Shown in pieces: positions 22,837 through 33,303 of a stretch of 64,000 bases of DNA (positions within the stretch are counted from its first letter, which is position 1; each line of letters begins with the position of its first letter). The position numbers and the translations under genes were made by a program. The stretch covers positions 248,001 to 312,000 of the forward strand of contig OZ025802.1 in assembly GCA_964019425.1 (NCBI GenBank). Reading direction: 5' to 3'. The DNA comes from Flectonema sp. DT1601 (Eukaryota). The notes under the pieces are model-generated. The model did not search any database and had not been told where the DNA came from. It saw only the letters and a list, made by a program, of their open reading frames with translations.

Positions 22837-23650
22837 TATTACTAATAAAAAAAAAAAGGAAACTCATCATGTGCCAAAATTGAGGTCACAAGTAATCAGT
22901 TATTAGTTGTTGTTGTTGTTTTTTTTTTTTTTTTTTTTTTAAATCACTGTTCAAGCCTGTTCAAGAACGAGAATTTCACGGAATCAGAACTAACCGCAAG
23001 ATTTATCTTACTTATAAAACATAAGTTCAAAAAAAAAAAATTTTAAAAGAAGCCACTTTTTTTGTTTTTGTCTTTAATTTGTTTGAAAACTTTATTTTCA
23101 TTATAATCTAGTTCATATTTTATTTCATTTTTTGAAAACTACGGAAAAGAATGCAAAAAAAAAAAAAAAAAAAAGAAGAAAAAAAAAGGGGGGGGAATCA
23201 TGTGCAAATTGAAGCTGCAACACAAGTTCCAAGCCACCTGCTAAATTCCCTTGAAGGTCATATTCCACAGCCGAAAGGTATCTTATTTGCAAACATAACT
23301 TCGACAAATTCATTGAAAAAGTCAGATAGAATATGAGTTTGTTATAAAAAAGTGCACTAAAATAAAATATAAAAAAGAAAAGTTATAAAAGTCAGATAGT
23401 TAGTTAGAATAATAATATGAGTTCATAAATAAAAGTGAAAACACATTGTTCTGCTGTTCCGTGAAACAGTTTTAGCTGGTTGGTGTTTTTCTACATTGTC
23501 ACTATCACCATGTTTTTTTTTTTTTTTATTGTTTTTTTTATTCTAGTGTACCCTTTAGTATTTCAAAGTTCATTTCCTGTTCATAATGATCAGCCACTTA
23601 ATTTTTCAATGTTTTTATAAAAATTATGTTGCAAAAAAAAAAAAAAAAAA

Positions 23651-24038
23651 ACCATTCAGATTAGCCTTGTACTTGGTTGAAACTCAGATAGAACCCCGTC
23701 GCACGGGGGGTGAAACTTTGACAATGTAAAAACAGTAACAACTTTAGATATTAAAGAAAAACAAAATTAATATCAAGTACTTGACTGAAAAATATTTGTA
23801 GTTGTTAATCAAAGAAAATTACCTTTACCGTCGCACGGGGGGTAACTTGATACTAATATTAAATGGAAAGCAACTTGAAACTGGCAAAAACGAGAATAGG
23901 GTTCGGCCAAACCTGGTTGCAATATAAGAAATCAACAGTTGGTATCGATAGAAAATCCCATATGTGCTGTCTTGGGGGGAAAATAAATCATGACCATAAG
24001 AAATAACGGCTTTCAATCTGAATAGTTTCTTCTCCGAC
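23651..24038 (+). repeat. Dispersed repeat family B, long copy
   Basis: Ends match 8843-8962; interior 23706-23820 matches 53630-53730; two ccgtcgcacgggggg motifs (23696, 23828). Confidence 0.75.
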
Positions 24039-25802
24039 TATGTCGGTACTACAAAAAAAAAAAAAAAAAAAAAAAAAAAGAGACATGATAAGTTGAAAAT
24101 AATTGATTTTTATGCAAAGTCTTTATTGCGACTGATACTGTCGGAGAATAAAAGAAAACCAACAATAATATTAAAGTTAAATATATTAAAAAAGATGTCA
24201 AAAAAAAAGTAGGGGGGGGGGCTCAATTTGGTCGACGAGGTGTTTAGTGACTCTCTAAACCCTAATCTGACCACTTCCTCCCATCCCCCCTACGTATTCA
24301 ACGGATAAACAAATCAATTATCAAAATATCAATCTGAGGGAAATCTGAGGGCGGGAGGAAAGGGGGAAAAAAAAAAAAGAAGGAAGAAGAACGAGAAAAA
24401 AACCAACAATATTTTTATATACAACAAGTATCTATATAAAGTAGTTAATGCTCAATAAAAATATGAAATCAGCAACAGAAACTGGTATATGTATGAGGCG
24501 CCGTTCCACAGAGATTCTCTCTAGTGAGGTGCTGTCAAAAGAAAAACAAACAAAAAAAAAATTGAGCTGCATTGCAATAACAAAAATAGAAACATCGTGT
24601 TTTTTTTATTTAGATGCCGTAAATGAAAAACAATGACGGTGGAGAAAATTAAAAGTTGTGGAAAAACGAAAATCCGTTGGTAGTTTTTTTTCCACTTCAT
24701 CATATGATTCAATTACAAGCATTACAAATAATAATATAAATGTTCTATGAGAATAGTCGCAGTGGGCGGGGTTGAAGATGTTGTTTTCAAAAAAAAAAAG
24801 AAAAAGGCAAGGCAAGGCAAGCAAAGTAACTTCTTTAAATGTAGCATCCCATTGTTGCTGCATTCGCTAGAGCTACGACTGACATATAAGGTGAGAACGA
24901 ACACAATATTAACAACTATATTTTTTTTTTCCTTAGTATAAGATCACCAATGAAGTTCTAAAAAACAAACGAAACATCAATCAAAATCACACAGCGACTC
25001 TCACTGGTGACCAAGACAAAAAGACGTACCGTGTGCGAAAGGTAGCACAGTAGGTTTTTTTTCTAAAGTAGTAAAACTAACGTAAGACGACTGACCGAAC
25101 AGCCAACTACTAAAAAAACGAATTCAGTAAATATTTTTACAACACTAAAAACGTACACGAGGCAAGGCTAAAGACACCCCTAACAGGAAAAGCAACACCA
25201 CACTAATAGTTTGCACTATGTCAAAGAAACAGCAGAAGAAAAAAAGAAAAAAAAAAGGAGAGGTTTAAGCATACTTATAACAAAATTTAAAAAAAAAAAA
25301 AAAAGCAATTCATGAGAAAGTTGACTAAAAGATACTGCTTAGTATAGGAAAAAACACTCTGCAAATGCCGTACAAAACTTTACAGTATTACCTGCGTACA
25401 CCTCTCTTTTTCCGTGTTGTTATTCAGTGCAGTACGGAATCGAGTTATTCATAGACTGTTTGGTATAGTGTAATACGGCAGAGTGTAGGTTTCGCCAAAC
25501 TAAGCTACCTCGTCAAAAAAAGATAACACACGAATTTGTTTTTTTTTTTTTTTTTTTTTTAAATTTTTAGAAAATATGTTATGTAGAAACAGTTTAGAAA
25601 TAAAGAAAAAAAAAGAAATCTTTAAAACACTCAAGAAAAGTTACTGCTGAGAGAAATACGACAATTAACAATAATTAGCTTTCACGTCAGAATAGCTAAA
25701 AATGCGTATATCAAAAAAATTCTGGAAAAAAAAAAAAAAAAAAAATTACAAGCAGATTATCAGCCTTGCCAAAACTATCCTCACAAGGCTAAACAAGCGT
25801 TC

Positions 25803-25843
<41 letters not shown>

Positions 25844-26011
25844 CAACAGTATAAAACGTAATATAAAAAGGAGAAAAAAGAAAGAGTTCACGGCAGCTGT
25901 AGACATACCAAGTCACTGCTGACAAACTTATTTGGGTCCAAAAGGTTCGAATGACAGCATAAAACAGAAATCAATCACAAACCAATAGTAGAACCTATGG
26001 AGGAGTTCTCC

Positions 26012-26148
26012 TTTTTTTTTTTTGCATTTAACAAGTATTGTAAGAACGAAAAAAGAATGTTGGCAGCACACGTAAACCTCCTTTACCTTTATCAGTTTAA
26101 GTCGGTTCACGGTTTCGTGCACAAATAAAACAGCACAGTGTTATTTTA
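26012..26148 (-). mobile_element. Short poly(A)-tailed interspersed repeat (SINE-like family A), copy 1
   Basis: Minus strand ...gaaaccgtgaaccgacttaaactgataaaggtaaaggaggtttacgtgtgctgccaacattc...tacaatacttgttaaatgc(A)n, also at 42586, 46981 and 36330. Confidence 0.75.
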
Positions 26149-26918
26149 TAAAGCCAATTCTTTTTTTTTGAGAGAGAGAGAATTGCGACAGCGTTACAAA
26201 ACCGTTCCCTTAATAAGACGTTGTACCAGTTGCGTACAAAACAAATCAAAAAGTGTTTGAGTAAAAAAAAAGTAAAAATGTGAAGTTGGCCAATTATGTT
26301 TGCCTTTTGTTTGTACGTACTTTTTTGTGTATACTAAATTTTTTTTCCGTAAGTGAAAATACAATAAAAATTCCTCAAAAAAAAAAAAAAAAAAGAGAAT
26401 AATCAATAAAATATGAGCACACTACGTACGTGTGCCCTTTCACGCTACTTTACGTTTTTTTTTTTTTTTTTTTTTTTGTAATTGCACAGAAATCAAGTCC
26501 CCTTGGGCTTGTAGTCGATTGAGCGAGGGAAAAGAAGAGCTTTTGTTTGAACCTATTCAGGCGAAAAAAGAAAAAAGGCTTGCTCGTTTTTTTTTTTTTT
26601 TTTTTTTTTTTTTTTGTAACTTATATGTAACTTGTAACTGAGCTTTTGCGTAAGAGAAAAAAAAAACCTACCACTCGTAAAATTGCTTGCTGAAGAACAT
26701 TTCAATGTTATACCTCGAGTGCCTACATAAGTGAAATAATTCAACAAAGAGACTGCCGATATGTTTTTTTTATTTTTTTTTATTTTTTTTTCCTTTGCTT
26801 CGAGAAACCTTTTAACCTTGTGGTTTAAACATCGACGAGTTATTTTTTTTAACAAGCAAAATTCACCCGGTTTTTTTTTTTTTTTTTTTTTTTTATGTAA
26901 TAATACTATGATATAAAT

Positions 26919-29561
26919 CTATAAATGAGCTAATGTCATTTCAGGATACAGAGGCAAGTGATGAAGGGGATCAGTCTCGATGCATTTAAGAACAAACGCC
27001 TTAAGGTAATCCATTCCAGTCTTAGTGCTGTTCTCTTCGATGTATTCAAGCGCATCAGTCCATTTTCTATTAAAATACATCTCCGTTGCGGTGTTAATAC
27101 TATGAAAAGGATTGCTTTTTTTACTCTCCTCAATCTCATACATCCATTCTCGACTTTCTACTGTTTTTATTGTATTTCTCATTTCGTAGACAGGAATAGG
27201 TCTTTTTGAGTGTTTTTTAAACCGAAGTCTTTCAACCAAACGTGTTATAAATTTATGTGATGCCTCAACCTGAACTCCCTCGTCCAACAATACTTGTGAA
27301 TTAAATATTTTATTATGACGTTCAAGAGCGACTACCCAGGGTAATAATGAAGTTATAAAAGTGTATTTTTTCATTCCGGTTACACCCATGTTACCACAGT
27401 GGGCATCACCAGTAGCTAGAGCAGCAGTCATTGCCAGCTGAAAATCTGCGTCCATTGAATCTCTGATCTTCCAGCAGCATTGAGCTGCGAGAAGTTTGTG
27501 GCCTGCTGTTACTTTTAAAGCGTTCCAGTGAACGAGTATTCTATCTCCGCTGAAACTTTCTGGAACACCCCTGGCTTCTTTGCAATTTTGCAAAACCAAA
27601 GTCAGATATTTTCCATGAGCACTGTAATATTGAAAATCAGAAACCATATCTAAAAATCCAGAAATGTTCATCACTAACATAGTGATTTTTTTATGTCTCA
27701 CATCCATCATGCCTGCTCCGAAGATGCCACTATCATCTGAAGGGGCATACGTACTTCCTTGAGAACTTCGAACATCAGAATTCCGTTTATGAAGCATTGG
27801 TGGTGGTGGTGTTACGCTTGTTTCTCCGGGACTTTTTATTTTATTTAAGACGTTGCTTGGTACGGCGGCATCTGAGGACTCCGTCATGTCTGTGGCCTCA
27901 GCTTCTTCCAATATAGAATGTGGAAGATAGTTGCGAAACTCTTTTAGGTTGGTAATCATTTTATAAAATGAAATTTGCATTAGTTGTACTTCCTTTAAAT
28001 GCGACGTTGCTGTCACGTCAACATTTTCTAATTTCATCAGAGCAACCGAAGCCATGCTTCGTTCTAATTCAGTCAACGGGGCGACAATAAAGAAAACTAC
28101 AACCATACTCGCAACGATTAAACAAGTAGTTGCAATGCTGATGACAATATATAGAACTGTTCTGCTAGACTTCAGGTCGCTATCAATCTTCTCTTCTTGT
28201 TTGTTAATTGAGATTGTGACTTCAGTTGTTCTTTTATCAACCGTTCCTAATATGTACTTTCTATCTATCACTAAAACGGTGTACCAATTAATTCCATGGA
28301 CTGTTGTGAAGACTCTCACTTTTAAAAAGAATAAATCTTGGTTGCCCAGGTCAAATTGATGAACCGACTTCTGTGTTAAATTAACCAAAGCTTCGTATTG
28401 ACCTGGAGACTGATGAATGTACTTAGCGGTTTTGCTTATAATTGGATCAGTCGCGTTTAATGAATGCATCGTGACGAAAGATGCTCTTGCAGTTCCATCA
28501 ATAGCTTCGATACTACTACCAGCAGAGACTCCAATTAACCAATGTGTTTGATTTAGAGTACGAAGTCTGTCGTTAGCATAAGAAGCAACCAACGCAGGTG
28601 GCATCTTGTTAGCAAGCCAAGTGTCTCTGACACAGACATATATCCTACCCCTTCCTCCGATTTTAATATTGTGTAAAAATTCAGAAATTTCTCGTAAATC
28701 AAGACCATTAAAAGCCATCCCCATCTTCTTAACTGGAGCATCAGGATGAGTATATATCCCTACTGACAGTAGAGCAGCATACCCTGAAACAGAAACGATA
28801 TGACTCCACCTTATACCATCGACTCCAGGATCAATAAATGTTTTTAACCTATACGAATCAGTAAAAGGATGGTACCCTCGAACATTACAAACCTGGTCAG
28901 GAACAGCTCCGTTAGTTGCAACGGCTGTTTCAGGACAACCAGTGTGCTGACCTGTTGTTGAATCTACCTCAATTGGATTGAGATACTGACATGTGTTTGG
29001 GTCAACAGATCCAACCTGAAGGCGTTCGATAGCAGGTCGTCCACCAGGAACATCAAAATCAGTTCCATTATCACTCTGAAGTTGAGTGTTTTGATAAACT
29101 GAATTATTCAATGACAGGTAGTCTCTTTGAACCATAAGAACTTGAAGCTTTCTATTCATGATTCCCAAAGCTGTTAATCCATTTTGAGAAAATCTACCAA
29201 ACAATTGACACATAATAGTTCTGTGTTGTTGTAAAAATTGCCAAGTCTCACTGACTTGAGGTGGATACGTTTGCATTAAACCCAGCAGTGTTTCAATCAG
29301 TCTTACGTGTCCTAATAAATACGATCTAAAATAATCCTCAGTAGTCGTTGATAATAAAGACAGATAGTCTTCTGTTCTCTCAAATATATTTTCTTCACCA
29401 ACTTGAAAACATTCACCCAATGCTTCGTTTCTTGCCTTTTTTGTATCATCCAAAGCCTTATCAGAGCTTCTTAGCACAAGTGAGGTACAGAGAATAGCCG
29501 TTACTAAAACACAGGCAAGTGACAGACTTACGTTTAGATTTTTTATCGATAGGGAGATCAT
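26919..29561 (-). CDS. Receptor-type class III adenylate/guanylate cyclase homologue (TM, extracellular sensor, TM, HAMP-like linker, degenerate cyclase domain)
   Basis: 880-aa ORF; two TM segments; PLTELERSMASVA..EVQLMQISF linker; ITMLVMNISGF, SFSGDRI, ATGDAHCGNMG. Confidence 0.8.
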   Translation of the reverse strand: MISLSIKNLNVSLSLACVLVTAILCTSLVLRSSDKALDDTKKARNEALGECFQVGEENIFERTEDYLSLLSTTTEDYFRSYLLGHVRLIETLLGLMQTYPPQVSETWQFLQQHRTIMCQLFGRFSQNGLTALGIMNRKLQVLMVQRDYLSLNNSVYQNTQLQSDNGTDFDVPGGRPAIERLQVGSVDPNTCQYLNPIEVDSTTGQHTGCPETAVATNGAVPDQVCNVRGYHPFTDSYRLKTFIDPGVDGIRWSHIVSVSGYAALLSVGIYTHPDAPVKKMGMAFNGLDLREISEFLHNIKIGGRGRIYVCVRDTWLANKMPPALVASYANDRLRTLNQTHWLIGVSAGSSIEAIDGTARASFVTMHSLNATDPIISKTAKYIHQSPGQYEALVNLTQKSVHQFDLGNQDLFFLKVRVFTTVHGINWYTVLVIDRKYILGTVDKRTTEVTISINKQEEKIDSDLKSSRTVLYIVISIATTCLIVASMVVVFFIVAPLTELERSMASVALMKLENVDVTATSHLKEVQLMQISFYKMITNLKEFRNYLPHSILEEAEATDMTESSDAAVPSNVLNKIKSPGETSVTPPPPMLHKRNSDVRSSQGSTYAPSDDSGIFGAGMMDVRHKKITMLVMNISGFLDMVSDFQYYSAHGKYLTLVLQNCKEARGVPESFSGDRILVHWNALKVTAGHKLLAAQCCWKIRDSMDADFQLAMTAALATGDAHCGNMGVTGMKKYTFITSLLPWVVALERHNKIFNSQVLLDEGVQVEASHKFITRLVERLRFKKHSKRPIPVYEMRNTIKTVESREWMYEIEESKKSNPFHSINTATEMYFNRKWTDALEYIEENSTKTGMDYLKAFVLKCIETDPLHHLPLYPEMTLAHL

Positions 29562-29865
29562 TGTTTTATTTATTTGTTATTGTTGTTATTGGTGTTGGTT
29601 GCCCCTCCCCTCGACTGTTTTTTTTTTTTTTTTTTTTTTTTTTTTTGAGATGAACCGTTAGTACAAACAAACGTTCACAAAGGAGAGGCGTAGTTTAAGC
29701 CTCAGACAAAATCAACACATGTATTTACCTAAAAATAAAAGAATTAAAATATATGTGCAATCAGATCATAATATTATCGGAAAAGACTTGAGCTAGTCCG
29801 AACGTGTCACTCCCTTTCTGATGAATACAAACTGATACGAATCGCCAACATATAAGTTACGAGGC

Positions 29866-30204
29866 TTATTCCTTCTTTTGTCCCTGGAACTTAGCGACGG
29901 TTCCCTCCTGTTGGATTTTTTTTTTTTTTTTTTTTTTTTTTTCCCGTGTGAAAATAACAAAACATACTCTGAAGTTGTTTCCGGCTCTACGCTCAACCTT
30001 CTTCAGGAATCTCATTCTACCAGCTCCGGTAGTTCTTCTTCTGATCGCCTGAACACTCCAATGATATCTTCTCATGCTCGGGTTTGGGTAGGCACATGAA
30101 GCACATCTTCTCAATCTTGTGTGGAATGATCTCTTTCCGCATCTCTTGCACAGTCTGTGACTGTGGTGACCTCTTTCTCCCTTGGATGTGGTACCCTTAG
30201 TCAT
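29866..30204 (-). CDS. RPL37: 60S ribosomal protein L37 (eL37); two exons, 92 aa after splicing
   Basis: MTKGTTS..G.R....H.LC.RCG..SFH.....CASCAYP...RRYHWS..A.RRRTTG.GRMR; NFR/EG joined by removing 29908-29967. Confidence 0.95.
   Translation of the reverse strand: MTKGTTSKGERGHHSHRLCKRCGKRSFHTRLRRCASCAYPNPSMRRYHWSVQAIRRRTTGAGRMRFLKKVERRAGNNFRVCFVIFTREKKKKKKKKIQQEGTVAKFQGQKKE
29908..29967 (-). other. 60-nt GT-AG intron in RPL37
   Basis: GTATGT...A27...TCCAACAG; removal deletes a non-conserved 20-aa poly-Lys insert. Confidence 0.9.
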
Positions 30205-30790
30205 GGTTTGCTACTCGATCCAGCTGTTTAAAATAAAATTATTGTTGGTTAATAAAACAAAACTACTCATGTTGAACATTCTTATGCTAATCATCAGTAG
30301 ACACAATGCACCTGTAAGGAAATATTGGTTATGTTTGTTTGATTGTTTTTTCACGATTTTTTTTTTTTTTTTTGTTTTCTCGATCGATTATACAGTCATA
30401 AAGAGCACGATGCGTGTCTTACCACATCAGCACAAGTGCCTAATGCGGCGAAGAAATGAAGAAAACGAAGTTAACTACACTGAACGGAGTCGTTGTTTCA
30501 CACTAGGTAATCACCAACCAGTTTCTTTCTTGAATTATTTTTTTTTTTGGAATTTTTTTTTTTTTTTTTTTTTCCTCCCTTTCGTTATGCTTCTCCGACG
30601 GAACCAACTCACTTTTTTTTAATTTTTCTTTATTTTTTCCCCTAGATTCTCTCCCCTGCGACTCTTAAGGAAAAACGTTTCAAGAATCGTTACGGTTAAC
30701 AACAAGTTATTTTTTATTTTTTTTTTTAATTTCTTTTTTCTCGCTAATTCTATAAGTGGAACAGGGATAACGTTTTTTTCTTCATAAATA

Positions 30791-32995
30791 TCATTCCTTG
30801 GGTGCGGTTTCGAATGAAGGGATGAGGGGAACGTTTGGGGGTGCTGTTGGCTTGCGATTCTTCTCTTTCTTGACTCTGTAAATCCTTACTATCCAATGCT
30901 CAGTAGTGAATGCTTCGTCAATGTAGTTTAGCTCGAATTTCTTACGACCGATTTCGTAGTTGCGGACGCGGTCATAACCTGAAGGAGCTCCACCTTCACT
31001 GTCTTCACCAAATCGGTAGTAACACATTTTATACATCAGAGAATCAAGCATAGCTGCTCCAGCTGATGGTCCCATTGTGTAGTCACGTCCTCCTGCTGCG
31101 AGATAATCAGATTCGCGGATGTCGTTGTCGAGGGTTCCTCCGATTCGAACCATCCAAAGAAACTTGTTAATATCATCACTGCTGTACCCGGCCATTCCTC
31201 CGAAGATTACGAGAGCGAATTCAACATCCATCTTCTTCATTATTTGATAAGATACGTCTTCTTTTGATGCCATCGCCTTTCCAACAGTTGCAATGTGTGT
31301 ATTATTCCACGTGTTGTTATCAACAAGAACAGTTCTGTTCGACATACCGGTAATTTGGTATCCATAGTCCCACCACGACATGATCTTAGCATCTCTTTCA
31401 GTGTTTACTCTGAGCCATTGGTAGGCTTCTCTGAAGTCATCGAATATAATCCGTTCACCGTTGTGACCTCTCGCTGCTAAGATGATACTTGGACTGCTGT
31501 AGGCCTCTGATGCAGCCCATGTGCAGTGCATAACGTATGTTAAAATAGTCCAAATTAATCCAACCAAAATAGCCCATTGAAATCCAGTACTGATCCTCTC
31601 ATTGGAAGCTGTTTTGTCAGCCTGAGCAGCTTTTCCTTTCTTTTGTTGTTTTGTTTCACGTTTTGTGTCGGATGAGTCTTTTTCCTTAGTGAGTGACTTT
31701 AAGAATCCGACAAGCAGTTCTGAAGTAGCAATAGCTCCGAGAATACAAGCAGCAGGTGCTAATACGAGCATCAGTCTCACCATAACACCACTGAAGTAGA
31801 CTGTCGACATTCCATAAACAGTAATAAAGATGGTGCCTTCATTTGGTCTGTTCATGCAGAACCAAACACCAACAGGAATGAGATAAGCCAACATGTGAAA
31901 ATCAAAAAAGTACGATGACCATGCAGTTGGTTGATGCTCTGATACAGATGCAATGATTGGAATATGAATCTTTGCGTATGTAGGATCTAAAAGTGTCCAG
32001 AATCGACCAGTCCAAGGAGCGATATAACCAGTTGCCGATCCGATAACAGCTGCGGCAACACCTAATGTTCCGAATCCAATTAATAACATACTCAGAAGTT
32101 CCTTAAACATCGCTGGCTCTAAATGATTCTTAATAAAGTTAACAAACCCATACGCCTGCAAGAAGAAGAATGTTCCTGCTGCTGCCATATGTTCTCCAGT
32201 TTGAACTGCCTGAAATCCAACAAAATGAATTTGCATACAGATTAAGGTTGCTAAGACGTACCATGAGCAGTATGCGACGTGTAGTTTTAGACTGTACCTT
32301 CCAACAAAGATCATGACGAGAGTGTACAATGGGAGTAAGTTGATAATAAAAATATAACCACCCCATGCGTTAACCATGTAGTAGTAAGTCAGGACGGAGA
32401 TGAAAACCCATTTCATGGAACCAGTTTTAACTGACTTAACGAAGGTAGCGAAGACGGCTACCAAAGCAAAAATCGCAATTCCCTCATTGTCGTACGATCC
32501 GGCTACTGAACGTGAGATGTAAGATGGAACAATTGCGATGAAGAATGCAGCTAACAAACCGGCTCTCTCATTCCATATTTCCTTAGTGAACCAGTAAGTG
32601 ATTAAAGATGTGTTTCCAGCAAAGATTGGTGCTAAGAACACACAAATCAATCTGGTTTCGACATTGAAATTAACAAAAGCGAGGACCCTTGAAAATATCA
32701 TTGAAGTCACCATGAGACCAGGATAGATCGTACCTCCGACAATTCTTCCAAGTGGATACCATACGTCAACATCAAACCAATTGTAGAAATCGTATATTCC
32801 GTTTTCTACTAAATAGTCGGATGTTCTATAATTAAACCATGGATCAAATTCGTGGATAATAGCTTCGAATCTCAACACTGAAAACAATCTGACGACAACT
32901 GCTACGAAGAATATCACTCCCAAAGTGATGATTCGCCACATTGCTTGCCGCTCTTCCTCATGCTGAGCGGCGGCATCCGCATCATAATAACCCAT
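30791..32995 (-). CDS. STT3: Oligosaccharyltransferase catalytic subunit STT3
   Basis: IIHEFDPWFNY, SRSVAGSYDNE, IIASVSEHQP, WWDYGYQI, DNNTWNNTHI, DDINKFLWM all intact. Confidence 0.97.
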   Translation of the reverse strand: MGYYDADAAAQHEEERQAMWRIITLGVIFFVAVVVRLFSVLRFEAIIHEFDPWFNYRTSDYLVENGIYDFYNWFDVDVWYPLGRIVGGTIYPGLMVTSMIFSRVLAFVNFNVETRLICVFLAPIFAGNTSLITYWFTKEIWNERAGLLAAFFIAIVPSYISRSVAGSYDNEGIAIFALVAVFATFVKSVKTGSMKWVFISVLTYYYMVNAWGGYIFIINLLPLYTLVMIFVGRYSLKLHVAYCSWYVLATLICMQIHFVGFQAVQTGEHMAAAGTFFFLQAYGFVNFIKNHLEPAMFKELLSMLLIGFGTLGVAAAVIGSATGYIAPWTGRFWTLLDPTYAKIHIPIIASVSEHQPTAWSSYFFDFHMLAYLIPVGVWFCMNRPNEGTIFITVYGMSTVYFSGVMVRLMLVLAPAACILGAIATSELLVGFLKSLTKEKDSSDTKRETKQQKKGKAAQADKTASNERISTGFQWAILVGLIWTILTYVMHCTWAASEAYSSPSIILAARGHNGERIIFDDFREAYQWLRVNTERDAKIMSWWDYGYQITGMSNRTVLVDNNTWNNTHIATVGKAMASKEDVSYQIMKKMDVEFALVIFGGMAGYSSDDINKFLWMVRIGGTLDNDIRESDYLAAGGRDYTMGPSAGAAMLDSLMYKMCYYRFGEDSEGGAPSGYDRVRNYEIGRKKFELNYIDEAFTTEHWIVRIYRVKKEKNRKPTAPPNVPLIPSFETAPKE

Positions 32996-33303
32996 TATCG
33001 TGAATCAGAACTGAGTTGTGTTGTTAAATAGAAATTTTAAAAAAAAATCATATATTTTTTTCAGAACAGAAGACATAATGGGAAGGTACAGGAATATAAA
33101 AGAGAAAAAAAAAGGGAAAAAACAATTTAATTACTTTTTTATTCTGGGCTGAAGAAAAAAAAATAAAAAAATATAATGCTCAAAAACCACAACAACTTGG
33201 AAACTGTTGTTGTTGTGAACTTCAGAGGTAGTTCCCTTCAAGGAAAAAAAAAAAAATCATTATTATTATTATTATTATTATTTTTGAAGAACAGGGTGAT
33301 TCA

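Noticed and set aside
30262..30300. C/D-box snoRNA upstream of RPL37 (CTAC-TGATGA...ATGA-GTAG on the minus strand)
   Set aside because: Only about 40 nt, no proper CTGA D box, and no guide complementarity I can verify
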